The translations under genes and the position numbers were made by a program. This document shows, in pieces, positions 27,906-37,311 of a DNA stretch of 64,000 bases (position 1 is the first letter of the stretch; every line of letters starts with the position of its first letter). This DNA comes from an uncultured Saprospiraceae bacterium (GTDB lineage Bacteria > Bacteroidota > Bacteroidia > Chitinophagales > Saprospiraceae), in NCBI GenBank assembly GCA_964507535.1, contig CAZDQG010000006.1:53141-117140 (forward strand), read 5' to 3'. Below the pieces are notes generated by a model that was not told the DNA's origin, did not search any database, and worked only from the letters and a program-made list of their open reading frames with translations.

Positions 27906-28478
27906 CTAAAATGAAAACCCAAGTGAAATTGAAACATAATCAGCCTTATACTTTTTCTCCGTATAAAATGCTGAAATTCCCTTCTCAAATTGAACATCAA
28001 CAGTAAGCGCATGTATGTCCACCCCTGCGCCAAACAAGAGGCCGTATTGAGCATCTTTCACAGATTTGCTATCCAGAACCAAGGTATTCTCATCAATAGA
28101 AGTAACAAAACTTATAGCAACTCCTGCCATGCCCCGAAGCGAGAATGGCTCTTTATGAATAAAATGGAAACCGGCTTGCAAAGGAAGCTTTATTAGATAT
28201 ATTTTTGGAAAATCCCTAAACGGATCAAGAGTAGGTGAAGATTGCTGTTGCATTACATGAAGTTCAAGACCGGGAGAGAAGAAGAAGCGATCCGCGCCAA
28301 TCCTACCACCCAAACCAACATGATAGCCGCTAATCGTCTGATCAGAAATATTGGTCAGGGGATTCTCAGTATACATTAACGAGAGGCCCCCGTAAACCAG
28401 AACCTTACTTTGTGAAAATACAGTATTCAGACATAAGAACAGGACGTATAGGGGTAGTATAAGATTACGAACTGGCAT
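27906..28478 (-). CDS. Small outer-membrane beta-barrel (porin-family/OmpW-like) protein
   Basis: 190-aa ORF with signal peptide ...NTVFSQ. Alternating hydrophobic strands. C-terminal ...YVSISLGFSF ending in Phe. Confidence 0.65.
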   Translation of the reverse strand: MPVRNLILPLYVLFLCLNTVFSQSKVLVYGGLSLMYTENPLTNISDQTISGYHVGLGGRIGADRFFFSPGLELHVMQQQSSPTLDPFRDFPKIYLIKLPLQAGFHFIHKEPFSLRGMAGVAISFVTSIDENTLVLDSKSVKDAQYGLLFGAGVDIHALTVDVQFEKGISAFYTEKKYKADYVSISLGFSF

Positions 28479-28541
28479 AAAGTAATTCTTTTAATACCAT
28501 AAAGATATTTTAGATTTCTTGCTTATCCTTGTACTTCATTT

Positions 28542-29699
28542 ATGTGGCCGGATTTATCATACATTTTTCATAGTTTATTTGGTAGCAGCCCAGATAATGC
28601 TTTTGCAGTCATTAAGACTTTTGGTCTTTTTTTAGGGCTTGCCTTTCTAGCAAGTGCTTATCTAACCCAACTTGAGCTCAAGCGAAAGGAGCAAAGAGGG
28701 GTTATCCAGGGCCGGTATGAAGAAATTATCGTGTACAAGCCCATAGACCTGAAGGAAATCATTTTGCAAAGCTGTGTAAACTTTGTTCTCTTTTATAAAC
28801 TCGGAATTATCCTCAAAGACTTTACCACTTTTAAGCATGACCCCGCTTCAGTTGTTTTCTCTCTAAAAGGCCATCTTCCCCTGGGACTTGCTTGTGGTCT
28901 TATTACAGGCTTGTGGTATTTTCTAAAAATGCAAAAACAAACAGAAAAGCTGGAAAAAAGAGAGCAGGTCTTCATCCACCCCTACCAACGCATTTTTGAC
29001 ATAACTGGGGTTGCAGCCCTTTACGGTATCATAGGTTCCAAACTTTTTTCAATCCTGGAAAATCTGGACACCTTCCTTAAAGATCCGATTGGTGAATTCT
29101 TTTCCGGCAGCGGATTAACCATTTATGGAGGCCTAATACTGGCATTTATTATGGTTTACCGGTACGTCCAACAAAAAGGCATTCGACCTTTGCATATGAT
29201 GGACATCGTTGCCCCGGCATTAATGATTGGATACTGTGTCGGCAGAATGGGATGTCACTTTTCGGGCGATGGCGACTGGGGTATTGTAAACGAGATGGCA
29301 AAACCCGCCTGGTTTATATTTCCAGACAGCTGGTGGTCATATGCTTATCCTCACAATGTAATCAAAGAGGGATTGCGAATTGAGGATTGCTCCTGGCAAT
29401 ACTGTTACCAACTCTTTCCGGGAGTATTCCCAACACCTCTATATGAGGTGCTTGCAGCAGGCTTTATAACCGCCTTGTTGTGGTTTCTCAGAACCCGTAT
29501 ACATCGTGCCGGTGTGTTGTTTTTTCTATATTGTTTCCTAAATGGTACAGAACGGTTTTTAATAGAATTCATTCGTGTAAATCCAAGATATTCCATTCTC
29601 GGTTATGAGCTCTCCCAGGCACAAATTATTGCACTCCTGTTAATTTGTATTGGTATTGCAGGAAGCTTATATTTCTGGAAGAAGAAAATACCTAATTGA
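28542..29699 (+). CDS. lgt: Prolipoprotein diacylglyceryl transferase
   Basis: 385-aa polytopic membrane ORF. GLTIYGGLILAFI and GRMGCHFSGDGDWG resemble Lgt signatures (YGG..., GRxGN/CFxNxExxG). Longer than enterobacterial Lgt. Confidence 0.8.
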   Translation: MWPDLSYIFHSLFGSSPDNAFAVIKTFGLFLGLAFLASAYLTQLELKRKEQRGVIQGRYEEIIVYKPIDLKEIILQSCVNFVLFYKLGIILKDFTTFKHDPASVVFSLKGHLPLGLACGLITGLWYFLKMQKQTEKLEKREQVFIHPYQRIFDITGVAALYGIIGSKLFSILENLDTFLKDPIGEFFSGSGLTIYGGLILAFIMVYRYVQQKGIRPLHMMDIVAPALMIGYCVGRMGCHFSGDGDWGIVNEMAKPAWFIFPDSWWSYAYPHNVIKEGLRIEDCSWQYCYQLFPGVFPTPLYEVLAAGFITALLWFLRTRIHRAGVLFFLYCFLNGTERFLIEFIRVNPRYSILGYELSQAQIIALLLICIGIAGSLYFWKKKIPN

Positions 29700-29734
29700 G
29701 TTCCATGTTTTGATTTTTATGACCAACCTGTTTG

Positions 29735-30805
29735 ATGCTTTCAAGCTTTACATTCCAAAGATTATTGTACCGCTGGTCTGAACAAAATCCCAGAGATTAT
29801 CCCTGGATACAGGAAAAGAATCCTTATAAAATATGGATTTCCGAAGTTCTATTACAACAAACACGCTCAGATCAAGCGAAAGGCCACTACCTCTCATTCT
29901 TGGAAACATTTCCTACGCTAAAAAATTTAGCAGAGGCAAAGGAAGACCGTGTAATGCACCAATGGAAAGGCCTTGGTTATTATAGTCGCGCACGTAATCT
30001 TCACAAAACTGCCAAAATCATTGCTGAACAGCATCATTCCATTTTTCCAAGCGATCCAGCAATAATCAAACAGCTTCCGGGTATTGGGCCTTATACATTA
30101 GCCGCTATTAGCAGTTTCGCTTTCGGAATTCCACTTCCTGTTATAGATGGAAATGTGATCAGAGTTCTCAGTAGAATCTCCGGTCTTACAGAAAGTCCAT
30201 ATTCCAAAGAAGGAAAAAAAAGAATTGAACAACTTGCACAGAACTATATAGATCAGGCGAATCCAGGGGTCTATAATCAGGCTATCATGAACTTCGGAGC
30301 TACGCATTGCCGACCAAACAAACCCTTATGCACGAGTTGTCCATTTTCAAACAAGTGCATCGCTTATCTCAGTGACTGTACGGATTCAATTCCTCTACCC
30401 AAAAAGCGCAACACCCTTAAAAAAAGGTACTTTCATTACATCATAGTACGCGATAAAACGAAAAGGGTGGGAATACATAAAAGAACAAAAAAGGATATTT
30501 GGTTCGCACTCTATGAGTTTCCAATGATTGAAACGAAAACCAAAAGGATTTCAAAAGAAAAGCTCCATGAATTTGTCATTGATGTCTCCAATGAGGCTAA
30601 TCTGAAACCAGTTCTTTCTCTGTACTCCACTACCAAAAGCAAGTTAAGCCATCAGGAAATTCACTGCTCTTTTTATGAGATTAAAAACCTATTTAAAAGA
30701 TCTCAAATAAAGGCCGAATTTTCCTTTGAGAAGCCAGAAAACTTGGCCAATTTTGCCTTTCCTAGCCCGATTCTGAATTTTATTAAACACTATTTTAAAA
30801 ATTAA
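29735..30805 (+). CDS. mutY: A/G-specific adenine DNA glycosylase
   Basis: HhH-GPD region (LPGIGPYTLAAISSFAFG). 4Fe-4S cluster loop CRPNKPLCTSCPFSNKC (C-x6-C-x2-C-x5-C). WKGLGYYSRARNLH. C-terminal NUDIX-like domain. ATG at 29735 directly follows the TTG used by the ORF track. Confidence 0.9.
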   Translation: MLSSFTFQRLLYRWSEQNPRDYPWIQEKNPYKIWISEVLLQQTRSDQAKGHYLSFLETFPTLKNLAEAKEDRVMHQWKGLGYYSRARNLHKTAKIIAEQHHSIFPSDPAIIKQLPGIGPYTLAAISSFAFGIPLPVIDGNVIRVLSRISGLTESPYSKEGKKRIEQLAQNYIDQANPGVYNQAIMNFGATHCRPNKPLCTSCPFSNKCIAYLSDCTDSIPLPKKRNTLKKRYFHYIIVRDKTKRVGIHKRTKKDIWFALYEFPMIETKTKRISKEKLHEFVIDVSNEANLKPVLSLYSTTKSKLSHQEIHCSFYEIKNLFKRSQIKAEFSFEKPENLANFAFPSPILNFIKHYFKN

Positions 30806-30806
30806 T

Positions 30807-31232
30807 ATGCTAAATAAAGTAACACTCATCGGAAATCTGGGAAAAGACCCTGAATTCAGAACACTAGAAAATGGCGTTGTACGTGCAAATTTTTCATTAG
30901 CTACCAACGAATCTTTTAAAGACAGAAATGGCAACTGGCAAAAAACGACGGAGTGGCATGACATCGTTATGTGGAGATCAATGGCTGAACGCGCCAAAGT
31001 TTTAAAAAAAGGTATGCTCGTCTATCTGGAAGGTAAATTAACTCATAGAAAATGGACAGATAAAGAAGGAAGAGATCATTATACAACTGAAATAACTGCA
31101 GACCTTCTTAGAATCCTTGAAAAAAGAGATTCAAGTTCCAGCTCCTTTTCAACTCCATCCCCGGATGAAAAGAAAGGAGAAGAGACCTCTGCCAATCTCG
31201 ATGACCATAACGACGATGATCTTCCCTTTTAA
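30807..31232 (+). CDS. ssb: Single-stranded DNA-binding protein
   Basis: 141-aa ORF. OB-fold N-terminus MLNKVTLIGNLGKDPEFR. Acidic tail ending DDDLPF. Confidence 0.95.
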   Translation: MLNKVTLIGNLGKDPEFRTLENGVVRANFSLATNESFKDRNGNWQKTTEWHDIVMWRSMAERAKVLKKGMLVYLEGKLTHRKWTDKEGRDHYTTEITADLLRILEKRDSSSSSFSTPSPDEKKGEETSANLDDHNDDDLPF

Positions 31233-31492
31233 ATAAGCAAAATGCTTTTTATACTGGTGTTATATTGTCATTTAAAGTAAGGGAAAATAAACATAGATTT
31301 CAGTTTACATTAAATTGAGATCATCCTATTTTACTACCGCCCTCAGACCCGGTTTAAGATAACGGTTTTCAAAGGAGATACATCATATCTTTCTACTAAC
31401 TTATAAATGAACAACAATCAGTCCCTATAATAGTATTAAGCATGCACCATTTTTATGTCTTGCAATGTTTAAAAGTATTTTAAAAATCAACC

Positions 31493-32143
31493 ATGGTAAA
31501 AATTAAAACATACTGCCGCCAAACATCCATGCTTGTTACAACTATGCTTATAACTCTTTGTATAGTGCTTTCCTGCAATGATGTAATGAATACACCAAAA
31601 CCAAGAATGTTTCCAAAAATTGAATTTCCTTCCTATCGTATTAACGAATACAAATCTGATCAATGTCCTTATCAATTTAATTACCCCGACTATTTTTCAA
31701 TTGTTCCAGACAGCATATTTCTTGGTGAAAAAAACGAAAATCCATGCTGGTTAAATTTGGAAATGCCCATATTTAATGGAACCCTACATTGCTCGTATTA
31801 TCCCTTGACCTCGGAAAAAGATTTAAAAAAATACATAGAAGATTCCTATAAACTCGCTAGAGAACACCAAAAAAGGGCCAATTACATAGATGAATTTCCA
31901 TTCCAAAAGCCCAGCAATGTTTATGGTATCATATTCAATATAGAAGGTGCGGCCGCTTCTCCGTTTCAATTTTATCTCACGGACAGTACGGAACATTTTT
32001 TTAGGGCATCCTTGTATTTTAATGCAAAAGCAAAGCCCGATTCAATTGCCCCCATCGCAGAGTTTGTAAAAAAAGATCTCATGGATGTAATCAACAGCTT
32101 CAGCTGGTCAACAAAGAAGAAAAGTACGTTGCACAGTAATTAA
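31493..32143 (+). CDS. gldD: Gliding-motility lipoprotein GldD-like
   Basis: 216-aa ORF with lipobox IVLSC. Mature N-terminus NDVMNTPKPRMFPKIEFPSYRINEYKSDQCPYQFNYPDYFSI matches my memory of the GldD pattern (PKPK...YP..Y....CPY.F.YP). Position after mutY-ssb recalls the Flavobacterium johnsoniae ssb-gldE-gldD region. Confidence 0.55.
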   Translation: MVKIKTYCRQTSMLVTTMLITLCIVLSCNDVMNTPKPRMFPKIEFPSYRINEYKSDQCPYQFNYPDYFSIVPDSIFLGEKNENPCWLNLEMPIFNGTLHCSYYPLTSEKDLKKYIEDSYKLAREHQKRANYIDEFPFQKPSNVYGIIFNIEGAAASPFQFYLTDSTEHFFRASLYFNAKAKPDSIAPIAEFVKKDLMDVINSFSWSTKKKSTLHSN

Positions 32144-32193
32144 TACAAGGCTTTATAGCTCTTGTGCACTTGCATTCTCAAGTTATCAGGCAG

Positions 32194-33570
32194 CTATTGT
32201 ATGCGGTACCTGAGTCCTATGTTCACGCCTCCAAAAAAGTATTTCTGCTGAATAGGGTAATTTGAATCCGAAATAGAAGATGTATAATATCTCATTGATG
32301 GTTCCAACATGAGCATAGTACGTTGATTCAATTTATAATTTAATCCAATACTTGCCAGGAAGCTTATACCGGCGTGATCTCTGTAAATTGGATTGTTTCC
32401 CTCATTTACTTGATCCAAAGAGTAAAATGATTTCAAATCAGGCTGGTAAATTTTTCCGGACTGCGACGTTGAAATATTGAAGCCAATACCCGTATTCAGG
32501 CTTAAAACAAAATCCTTAAGATCCTTTTCATAGCCAATCATAATTGGAATATCTACAAAACGGTATCTGTTATACGTTTTATCCATTACCACTTTTTCAA
32601 CAATCTCCGTAGTGATATTTCCATTTTGATCTTTGCGTTCCACGGTTATTTTCAGTGTTTCCTTGATAAAATCAAAGCGTTCCGTATTTGTAGAAAACTG
32701 AAGACCTGTTCTAAAAGTAAGTCCACTTCCAAAAACCACCGACCCTCTAATTCCGGAGGAATAGGATAACATGGGCTTTTCACTTGCGGCGCGCTCTTCA
32801 GCATATTTCAAAAGGGCAGGATTGTTTACTATAAAACTTCTGCTTGCAATTTCAGGAGCATAAAATCCCTCAATAAAATAATGTGAAGTATAATTCTTAT
32901 GAACATTGCATCCCTCCAATATCATAGGATTTTTTAGAGCATTTTCAGACGTAATCTCACTGAGCTTATTTGGCAAACTACTAAATGAAACGGAAGAAGG
33001 TCCGCCGGCAGGAAGTGATAGAAAGTCCGGATCAGATGAAGCGATCAGATTTTGATCGTTGTTTCCCTGGTTGCTGTAATTCATAGACAGCTCTTGATTT
33101 AAATCCAATTGAAACTCCCTTTGCAAAGACAGGATATCTGAACTACCAACGGGTATAGCATGTATGGACTCAAAATTTTTATGATTCTGTTTTTGAGCAA
33201 CATTAAAGACTTTCTTGGACTGTGGCTTTACAACAGCATGTATAGCCGGGGCTGAACTTTTATCTGAGATTTCTATTGAGGCCGTGCCTTTCTGATCATC
33301 CCAAAGGTTCCTGTATGGCAATTCTTGAGGATTCGTTTGATTCTGAGAACCTGTGTTGTACTTTTTTAGTAACATCAAAGCCCCAATACCAATTAAAATT
33401 CCAATAAGAAGCCAGGTCCACCAGCCTCCCAGGATCCCCGACCTTCTGTTTTGACCGTCCAGATGTTCCGCAATATGTTCCCAAACATGGTCACCCGGAG
33501 AAACCTCATAATTTTTTAATTTCTTACTAAAACCTTCATCCATCCAATGCTCTTGCCCTTTGTGATTCAT
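32194..33570 (-). CDS. Membrane-anchored anti-sigma-like protein with C-terminal outer-membrane-type beta-barrel domain
   Basis: 458-aa ORF whose ATG overlaps the sigma stop (ATGA at 33567-33570). Short N-terminal cytoplasmic segment. One TM helix (WWTWLLIGILIGIGALMLL). Low-complexity S/N/Q linker. C-terminal roughly 230 aa of alternating-hydrophobic strands ending GGVNIGLRYRIQ. Confidence 0.55.
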   Translation of the reverse strand: MNHKGQEHWMDEGFSKKLKNYEVSPGDHVWEHIAEHLDGQNRRSGILGGWWTWLLIGILIGIGALMLLKKYNTGSQNQTNPQELPYRNLWDDQKGTASIEISDKSSAPAIHAVVKPQSKKVFNVAQKQNHKNFESIHAIPVGSSDILSLQREFQLDLNQELSMNYSNQGNNDQNLIASSDPDFLSLPAGGPSSVSFSSLPNKLSEITSENALKNPMILEGCNVHKNYTSHYFIEGFYAPEIASRSFIVNNPALLKYAEERAASEKPMLSYSSGIRGSVVFGSGLTFRTGLQFSTNTERFDFIKETLKITVERKDQNGNITTEIVEKVVMDKTYNRYRFVDIPIMIGYEKDLKDFVLSLNTGIGFNISTSQSGKIYQPDLKSFYSLDQVNEGNNPIYRDHAGISFLASIGLNYKLNQRTMLMLEPSMRYYTSSISDSNYPIQQKYFFGGVNIGLRYRIQ

Positions 33571-34103
33571 ATTGGCGTTTTTTGATATTGAGTTAACTTA
33601 TCTTGTAATGCTTTTCTTGCTTTTACTAATTGCGATCTTGATGTACTTTCCTCAATTTGCAGTACAGTAGCGATTTCTTTATGGGAATACCCTTCAATAG
33701 CATACAAATTGAAGACCACACGATAACCTTCCGGTAGATCATTTATCATGCGGATCAATTCCATTTCAGCCATGTGGTCAATGATCTCAGGCTCTTCATA
33801 GGAATCCGGCATATCCTCTCCCGCAGAATATTCATTCTGAAAGCTTTTTCTATGACAATTCTTGATCGCATTATTGATCATAATTCGTCTTACCCACTGT
33901 TCGAAAGGACCTTCAGACTTGTATTGCTCCAGGTTGGTAAATACTTTTATAAAACCATCCTGCAGTAGATCTTCTGCCTCCATCCGGTGCTTTGCATAGC
34001 GCATGCAGACCGCTAACATTTTTCCAGCATAGCGATCAAACAAATGCTTCTGACTGATACGATCTCCACGAAGACAACCTTGTATAATCTGATCTAAATC
34101 CAC
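33567..34103 (-). CDS. ECF-type RNA polymerase sigma-70 family factor
   Basis: 178-aa ORF. Region 2 (AEDLLQDGFIKVFTNLEQY...WVRRIMINNAIKNCHRK) and region 4 (YRVVFNLYAIEGYSHKEIATVLQIEESTSRSQLVKARKALQ). Confidence 0.9.
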   Translation of the reverse strand: MDLDQIIQGCLRGDRISQKHLFDRYAGKMLAVCMRYAKHRMEAEDLLQDGFIKVFTNLEQYKSEGPFEQWVRRIMINNAIKNCHRKSFQNEYSAGEDMPDSYEEPEIIDHMAEMELIRMINDLPEGYRVVFNLYAIEGYSHKEIATVLQIEESTSRSQLVKARKALQDKLTQYQKTPI

Positions 34104-34183
34104 GAGACCACTAGCTTGTTATAGTGACCCTTTATTAATTAAAAACGCTGCCTCTGATCCAAAAATACTTCTTCACAAGGCAA

Positions 34184-34951
34184 TTATAACTCATTGACAT
34201 TCTTTAGAAAAGCCATCAATATGGCATTGAATTCCCCTGATTTTTCCATCATAGGTGCATGCCCACAGTTCTTTAAAAAATGCAATTGGGAATTGGGAAT
34301 CAGCTCCTTAAATTTTTCCGCGACAAATGGAGGTGTAATACTGTCTTCTTCTCCCCAAATTAAGAGGGTTGGTACTGTAATTCGATGCAATTTGTCGCCC
34401 ATATTATGCCGGATTGCAGATTTGGCAGTCGAAATAACCCGTATTGCCTTACCGCGGTCATTCACGATATCATAAACCTCATCAACAAGTTCTTTTGTGG
34501 CAACCTCAGGATTATAAAAGGTCTCCTCTGTTTTTTTACGGATAAACTCGTAATCCCCTCTTTTAGGGAATGTACTTCCCATGCCACTCTCAAAAAGTCC
34601 CGAACTGCCCGTCAGCGTAAGGCTCTTAATCCGGTCCATTTCCTGTAAAGTATAGAGCAAGGCAATGTGACCACCCAGGCTATTTCCTAAAACATTTAGT
34701 GAAGAAAGATTTTTATGGTGAACAAAATCGACTACATATTCCACCAAACCACTTATTGAGGCCTTTAGTAAAGGCAATTCATAAATGGGTAGAATAGGAA
34801 CAATTACATTAAAGTTCTTGGAAAATTCGCGCACAATGCCCTCAAAATTGCTTAGAGCTCCAAACAAGCCATGAAGAAGCATCAGATTAGGACCCTGGCC
34901 CCCTGTCTCGATATAATTAAACTTTCCTTCCTCTTTAATCGGATGATTCAT
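34184..34951 (-). CDS. Alpha/beta-fold hydrolase
   Basis: 255-aa ORF. LLHGLFGA oxyanion region. Nucleophile elbow GNSLGGHIA. C-terminal NCGHAPMME (His). Confidence 0.8.
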   Translation of the reverse strand: MNHPIKEEGKFNYIETGGQGPNLMLLHGLFGALSNFEGIVREFSKNFNVIVPILPIYELPLLKASISGLVEYVVDFVHHKNLSSLNVLGNSLGGHIALLYTLQEMDRIKSLTLTGSSGLFESGMGSTFPKRGDYEFIRKKTEETFYNPEVATKELVDEVYDIVNDRGKAIRVISTAKSAIRHNMGDKLHRITVPTLLIWGEEDSITPPFVAEKFKELIPNSQLHFLKNCGHAPMMEKSGEFNAILMAFLKNVNEL

Positions 34952-35002
34952 AAAAATGCATAGCAGCGAACAAAAATAAATGAATTCTTAAGAAAATTAG
35001 AC

Positions 35003-36061
35003 TTAAATCCTTTGTCGAAAAGGGCCCCAAAGAAGAAACAACAAGTACAGGAAAAACACCATTCCAAAAGCTTGATGCAATACACCAAACAACAAGGATA
35101 CCTTACCGATACTATTTAAAAGAGTACAAACCCCTAAAGAAATTTGTATAAATAGCAGCACAAAAAGACCCATAACATAAGGTTTTATTGAGGATCCCAT
35201 TGTCTTGATCCATTTGTAGGAGCCTGAAATAGCCACTACTAAAATGATGTAGGCGAACGTTCTGTGCCAAAACTGAACAATTAAAGGACCTGTTGGAGTA
35301 AGATCATAATCTTTGAACAAATAGGTTCCATAATTTGAAATTTTAAAAACGAGCTCAGGAATAAATTTCCCATTCATACTAGGCCAGGTAGGTGCAACGA
35401 TAGCTGCTTTCATACCGGCAACGACACCTCCAAGAAACAACTGTATCGAGGATAAGGCAATGATTCCTATCAGATACACATGACATGTCTTAGACATGAC
35501 ATGTCTGGGAGTAAGGAATTCCTTCCTTTTAAGAATAATGTATAGCAAATAGGATACGGTAGTAACCGCAGCTATCAAGTGAAAAGAAAGTTTATATGCA
35601 TTGACCCAGGGCCGGTTTGACAAACCACTTGCCACCATAATCCATCCCAAAGAAGCAACAAAAGATGCAAGCAGAACCAGTATTATCAAATCGATAATCA
35701 AGTTTTTATCCAACTTTTTTCTCCAGATAAACCATACAAATGGAAACAAGAATACAAATCCCATTGTCCTCGCCCACAAACGGTGAACATACTCCCAGAA
35801 ATAAATAAACTTGAAATCTTCAAGTGTAAAATCCCGATTTATTTTTTGAAATTGAGGGGTGTTTTTGTACAACTCAAACTGATGCTCCCAGGATTCTGAA
35901 TTCATTGGAAAAGCAACCCCAGTAACAATGTCCCAACGGGTAATGCTTAAGCCTGATCCCGTCAGCCTCGTTATACCTCCGAGTAAAATCTGGATAAGGA
36001 TCATAACAAGACCAATCCACAACCAAATTTCAACTGATTTGTACAATTTCTGCGAATTCAT
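35003..36061 (-). CDS. ctaA: Heme A synthase (COX15/CtaA family)
   Basis: 352-aa polytopic membrane ORF. Conserved His-containing helices (WEYVHRLWARTMG, FWHRTFAYIIL, GVLHQAFG) and GGITRLTGSGLSITRW near the N-terminus. Confidence 0.8.
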   Translation of the reverse strand: MNSQKLYKSVEIWLWIGLVMILIQILLGGITRLTGSGLSITRWDIVTGVAFPMNSESWEHQFELYKNTPQFQKINRDFTLEDFKFIYFWEYVHRLWARTMGFVFLFPFVWFIWRKKLDKNLIIDLIILVLLASFVASLGWIMVASGLSNRPWVNAYKLSFHLIAAVTTVSYLLYIILKRKEFLTPRHVMSKTCHVYLIGIIALSSIQLFLGGVVAGMKAAIVAPTWPSMNGKFIPELVFKISNYGTYLFKDYDLTPTGPLIVQFWHRTFAYIILVVAISGSYKWIKTMGSSIKPYVMGLFVLLFIQISLGVCTLLNSIGKVSLLFGVLHQAFGMVFFLYLLFLLWGPFRQRI

Positions 36062-36518
36062 GAAGCAAATATCCCGAAACTTATTGGATAAACAATTTCA
36101 GCTATCCACACTTCATATATTATTCTTTATTTAATCTTAAAGAACTATGATATGGATGAATATCTATGTGAATAAGTTGAAAAGAATGTTTTACACAGAA
36201 ATTCACATTTTTTCAACATAAAATAAACTAACTAAACAATTCATATTCAATTCCATCATAGCTTTTTTTTAATAAGGTTATAAAAGAATGGTGTTAAAAA
36301 TGGCTGTTAAAACATGTGTTTAAATAACCTTTAAAAAGAAAATGAAAAGAGCTTTTTCATCAAAAATGAAAGTATCCTATCAGATTTATACTTAATTTGG
36401 AAAGGTGAATCAAATTGGTGTTTAAAACACCATTAAAAAGTAGTTTTTAATTACCGTAGTTCCCATTTGCTAATCAAATATTTAAGTGTTATTAAAGATC
36501 ATCATGTTTATAAAATAA

Positions 36519-36971
36519 ATGAGGGCAATTATTCAGAGGGTACTGGAAGCCAGGGTCGAAATTGACAACCGGACGTTCTCCAGAATTGAAAAGGGTATGC
36601 TGGTTTTGTTGGGAGTGGAAGATTCTGATGATGTCGAAGATGCCAAGTGGATGGCATCTAAAATTTTCCAGATGCGCATTTTTCCAGATGCAAATTTATC
36701 CATGAACCTTTCTCTTGAGGATATCCAGGGAGAAATTCTTGTGGTAAGTCAGTTTACCTTATTTGCAAGTACCAAAAAAGGAAACAGACCTGGTTTTACA
36801 AGGGCAGCAGCCCCGGAAACCGCAAACAAATTATATACTTATTTTATAGAATTGATGGAAATGCATATCAAGAAGCAGGTCCAGACCGGGGTGTTTGGTG
36901 CCCATATGGAGGTTCACTTAACAAATGATGGACCGGTAACAATTTGGATAGATTCAAAAAACAAGGAATAA
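36519..36971 (+). CDS. dtd: D-aminoacyl-tRNA deacylase
   Basis: 150-aa ORF. MRAIIQRV N-terminus, SQFTL motif, C-terminal NDGPVT. Confidence 0.93.
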   Translation: MRAIIQRVLEARVEIDNRTFSRIEKGMLVLLGVEDSDDVEDAKWMASKIFQMRIFPDANLSMNLSLEDIQGEILVVSQFTLFASTKKGNRPGFTRAAAPETANKLYTYFIELMEMHIKKQVQTGVFGAHMEVHLTNDGPVTIWIDSKNKE

Positions 36972-36974
36972 AGG

Positions 36975-37307
36975 ATGAAACATGCTCAATTAGAAGTGGA
37001 CCAATGGATAAAAACATTTGGAGTCCGATATTTTGATGAAATGACAAATATGGTATTACTGATGGAGGAAGTTGGGGAGTTGTCGAGATATATGGCCCGG
37101 ACTTATGGAGAACAATCTTTTAAATCCAGTGAAAATGCTTCTCAAGCAAAAGAAAAGATCAGGGAAGAACTAGCAGATGTATTATTTGTACTATTATGTT
37201 TGTCCAACCAAATGGGTATAGACTTGGATAAGGCTTTGGCAGAGAGTTTAGAAAAAAAAGCAAAAAGGGATCGTGAAAGACATTCTTCAAATAGTAAATT
37301 GAAATAA
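36975..37307 (+). CDS. MazG-like nucleotide pyrophosphohydrolase (small all-alpha NTP-PPase)
   Basis: 110-aa ORF. LMEEVGELS ... REELADVLFVLLCLSNQMGIDL matches the ExxE...ExxD MazG core. Confidence 0.8.
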   Translation: MKHAQLEVDQWIKTFGVRYFDEMTNMVLLMEEVGELSRYMARTYGEQSFKSSENASQAKEKIREELADVLFVLLCLSNQMGIDLDKALAESLEKKAKRDRERHSSNSKLK

Positions 37308-37311
37308 TCTG

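Noticed and set aside
36081-36110. Possible oriC: CTATCCACA (8/9 match to the DnaA box TTATCCACA) and an inverted TTGGATAA in the AT-rich spacer
   Set aside because: There are only one good box and one weak box. No box cluster, dnaA/dnaN or obvious strand-bias switch is visible. This is insufficient to call an origin.
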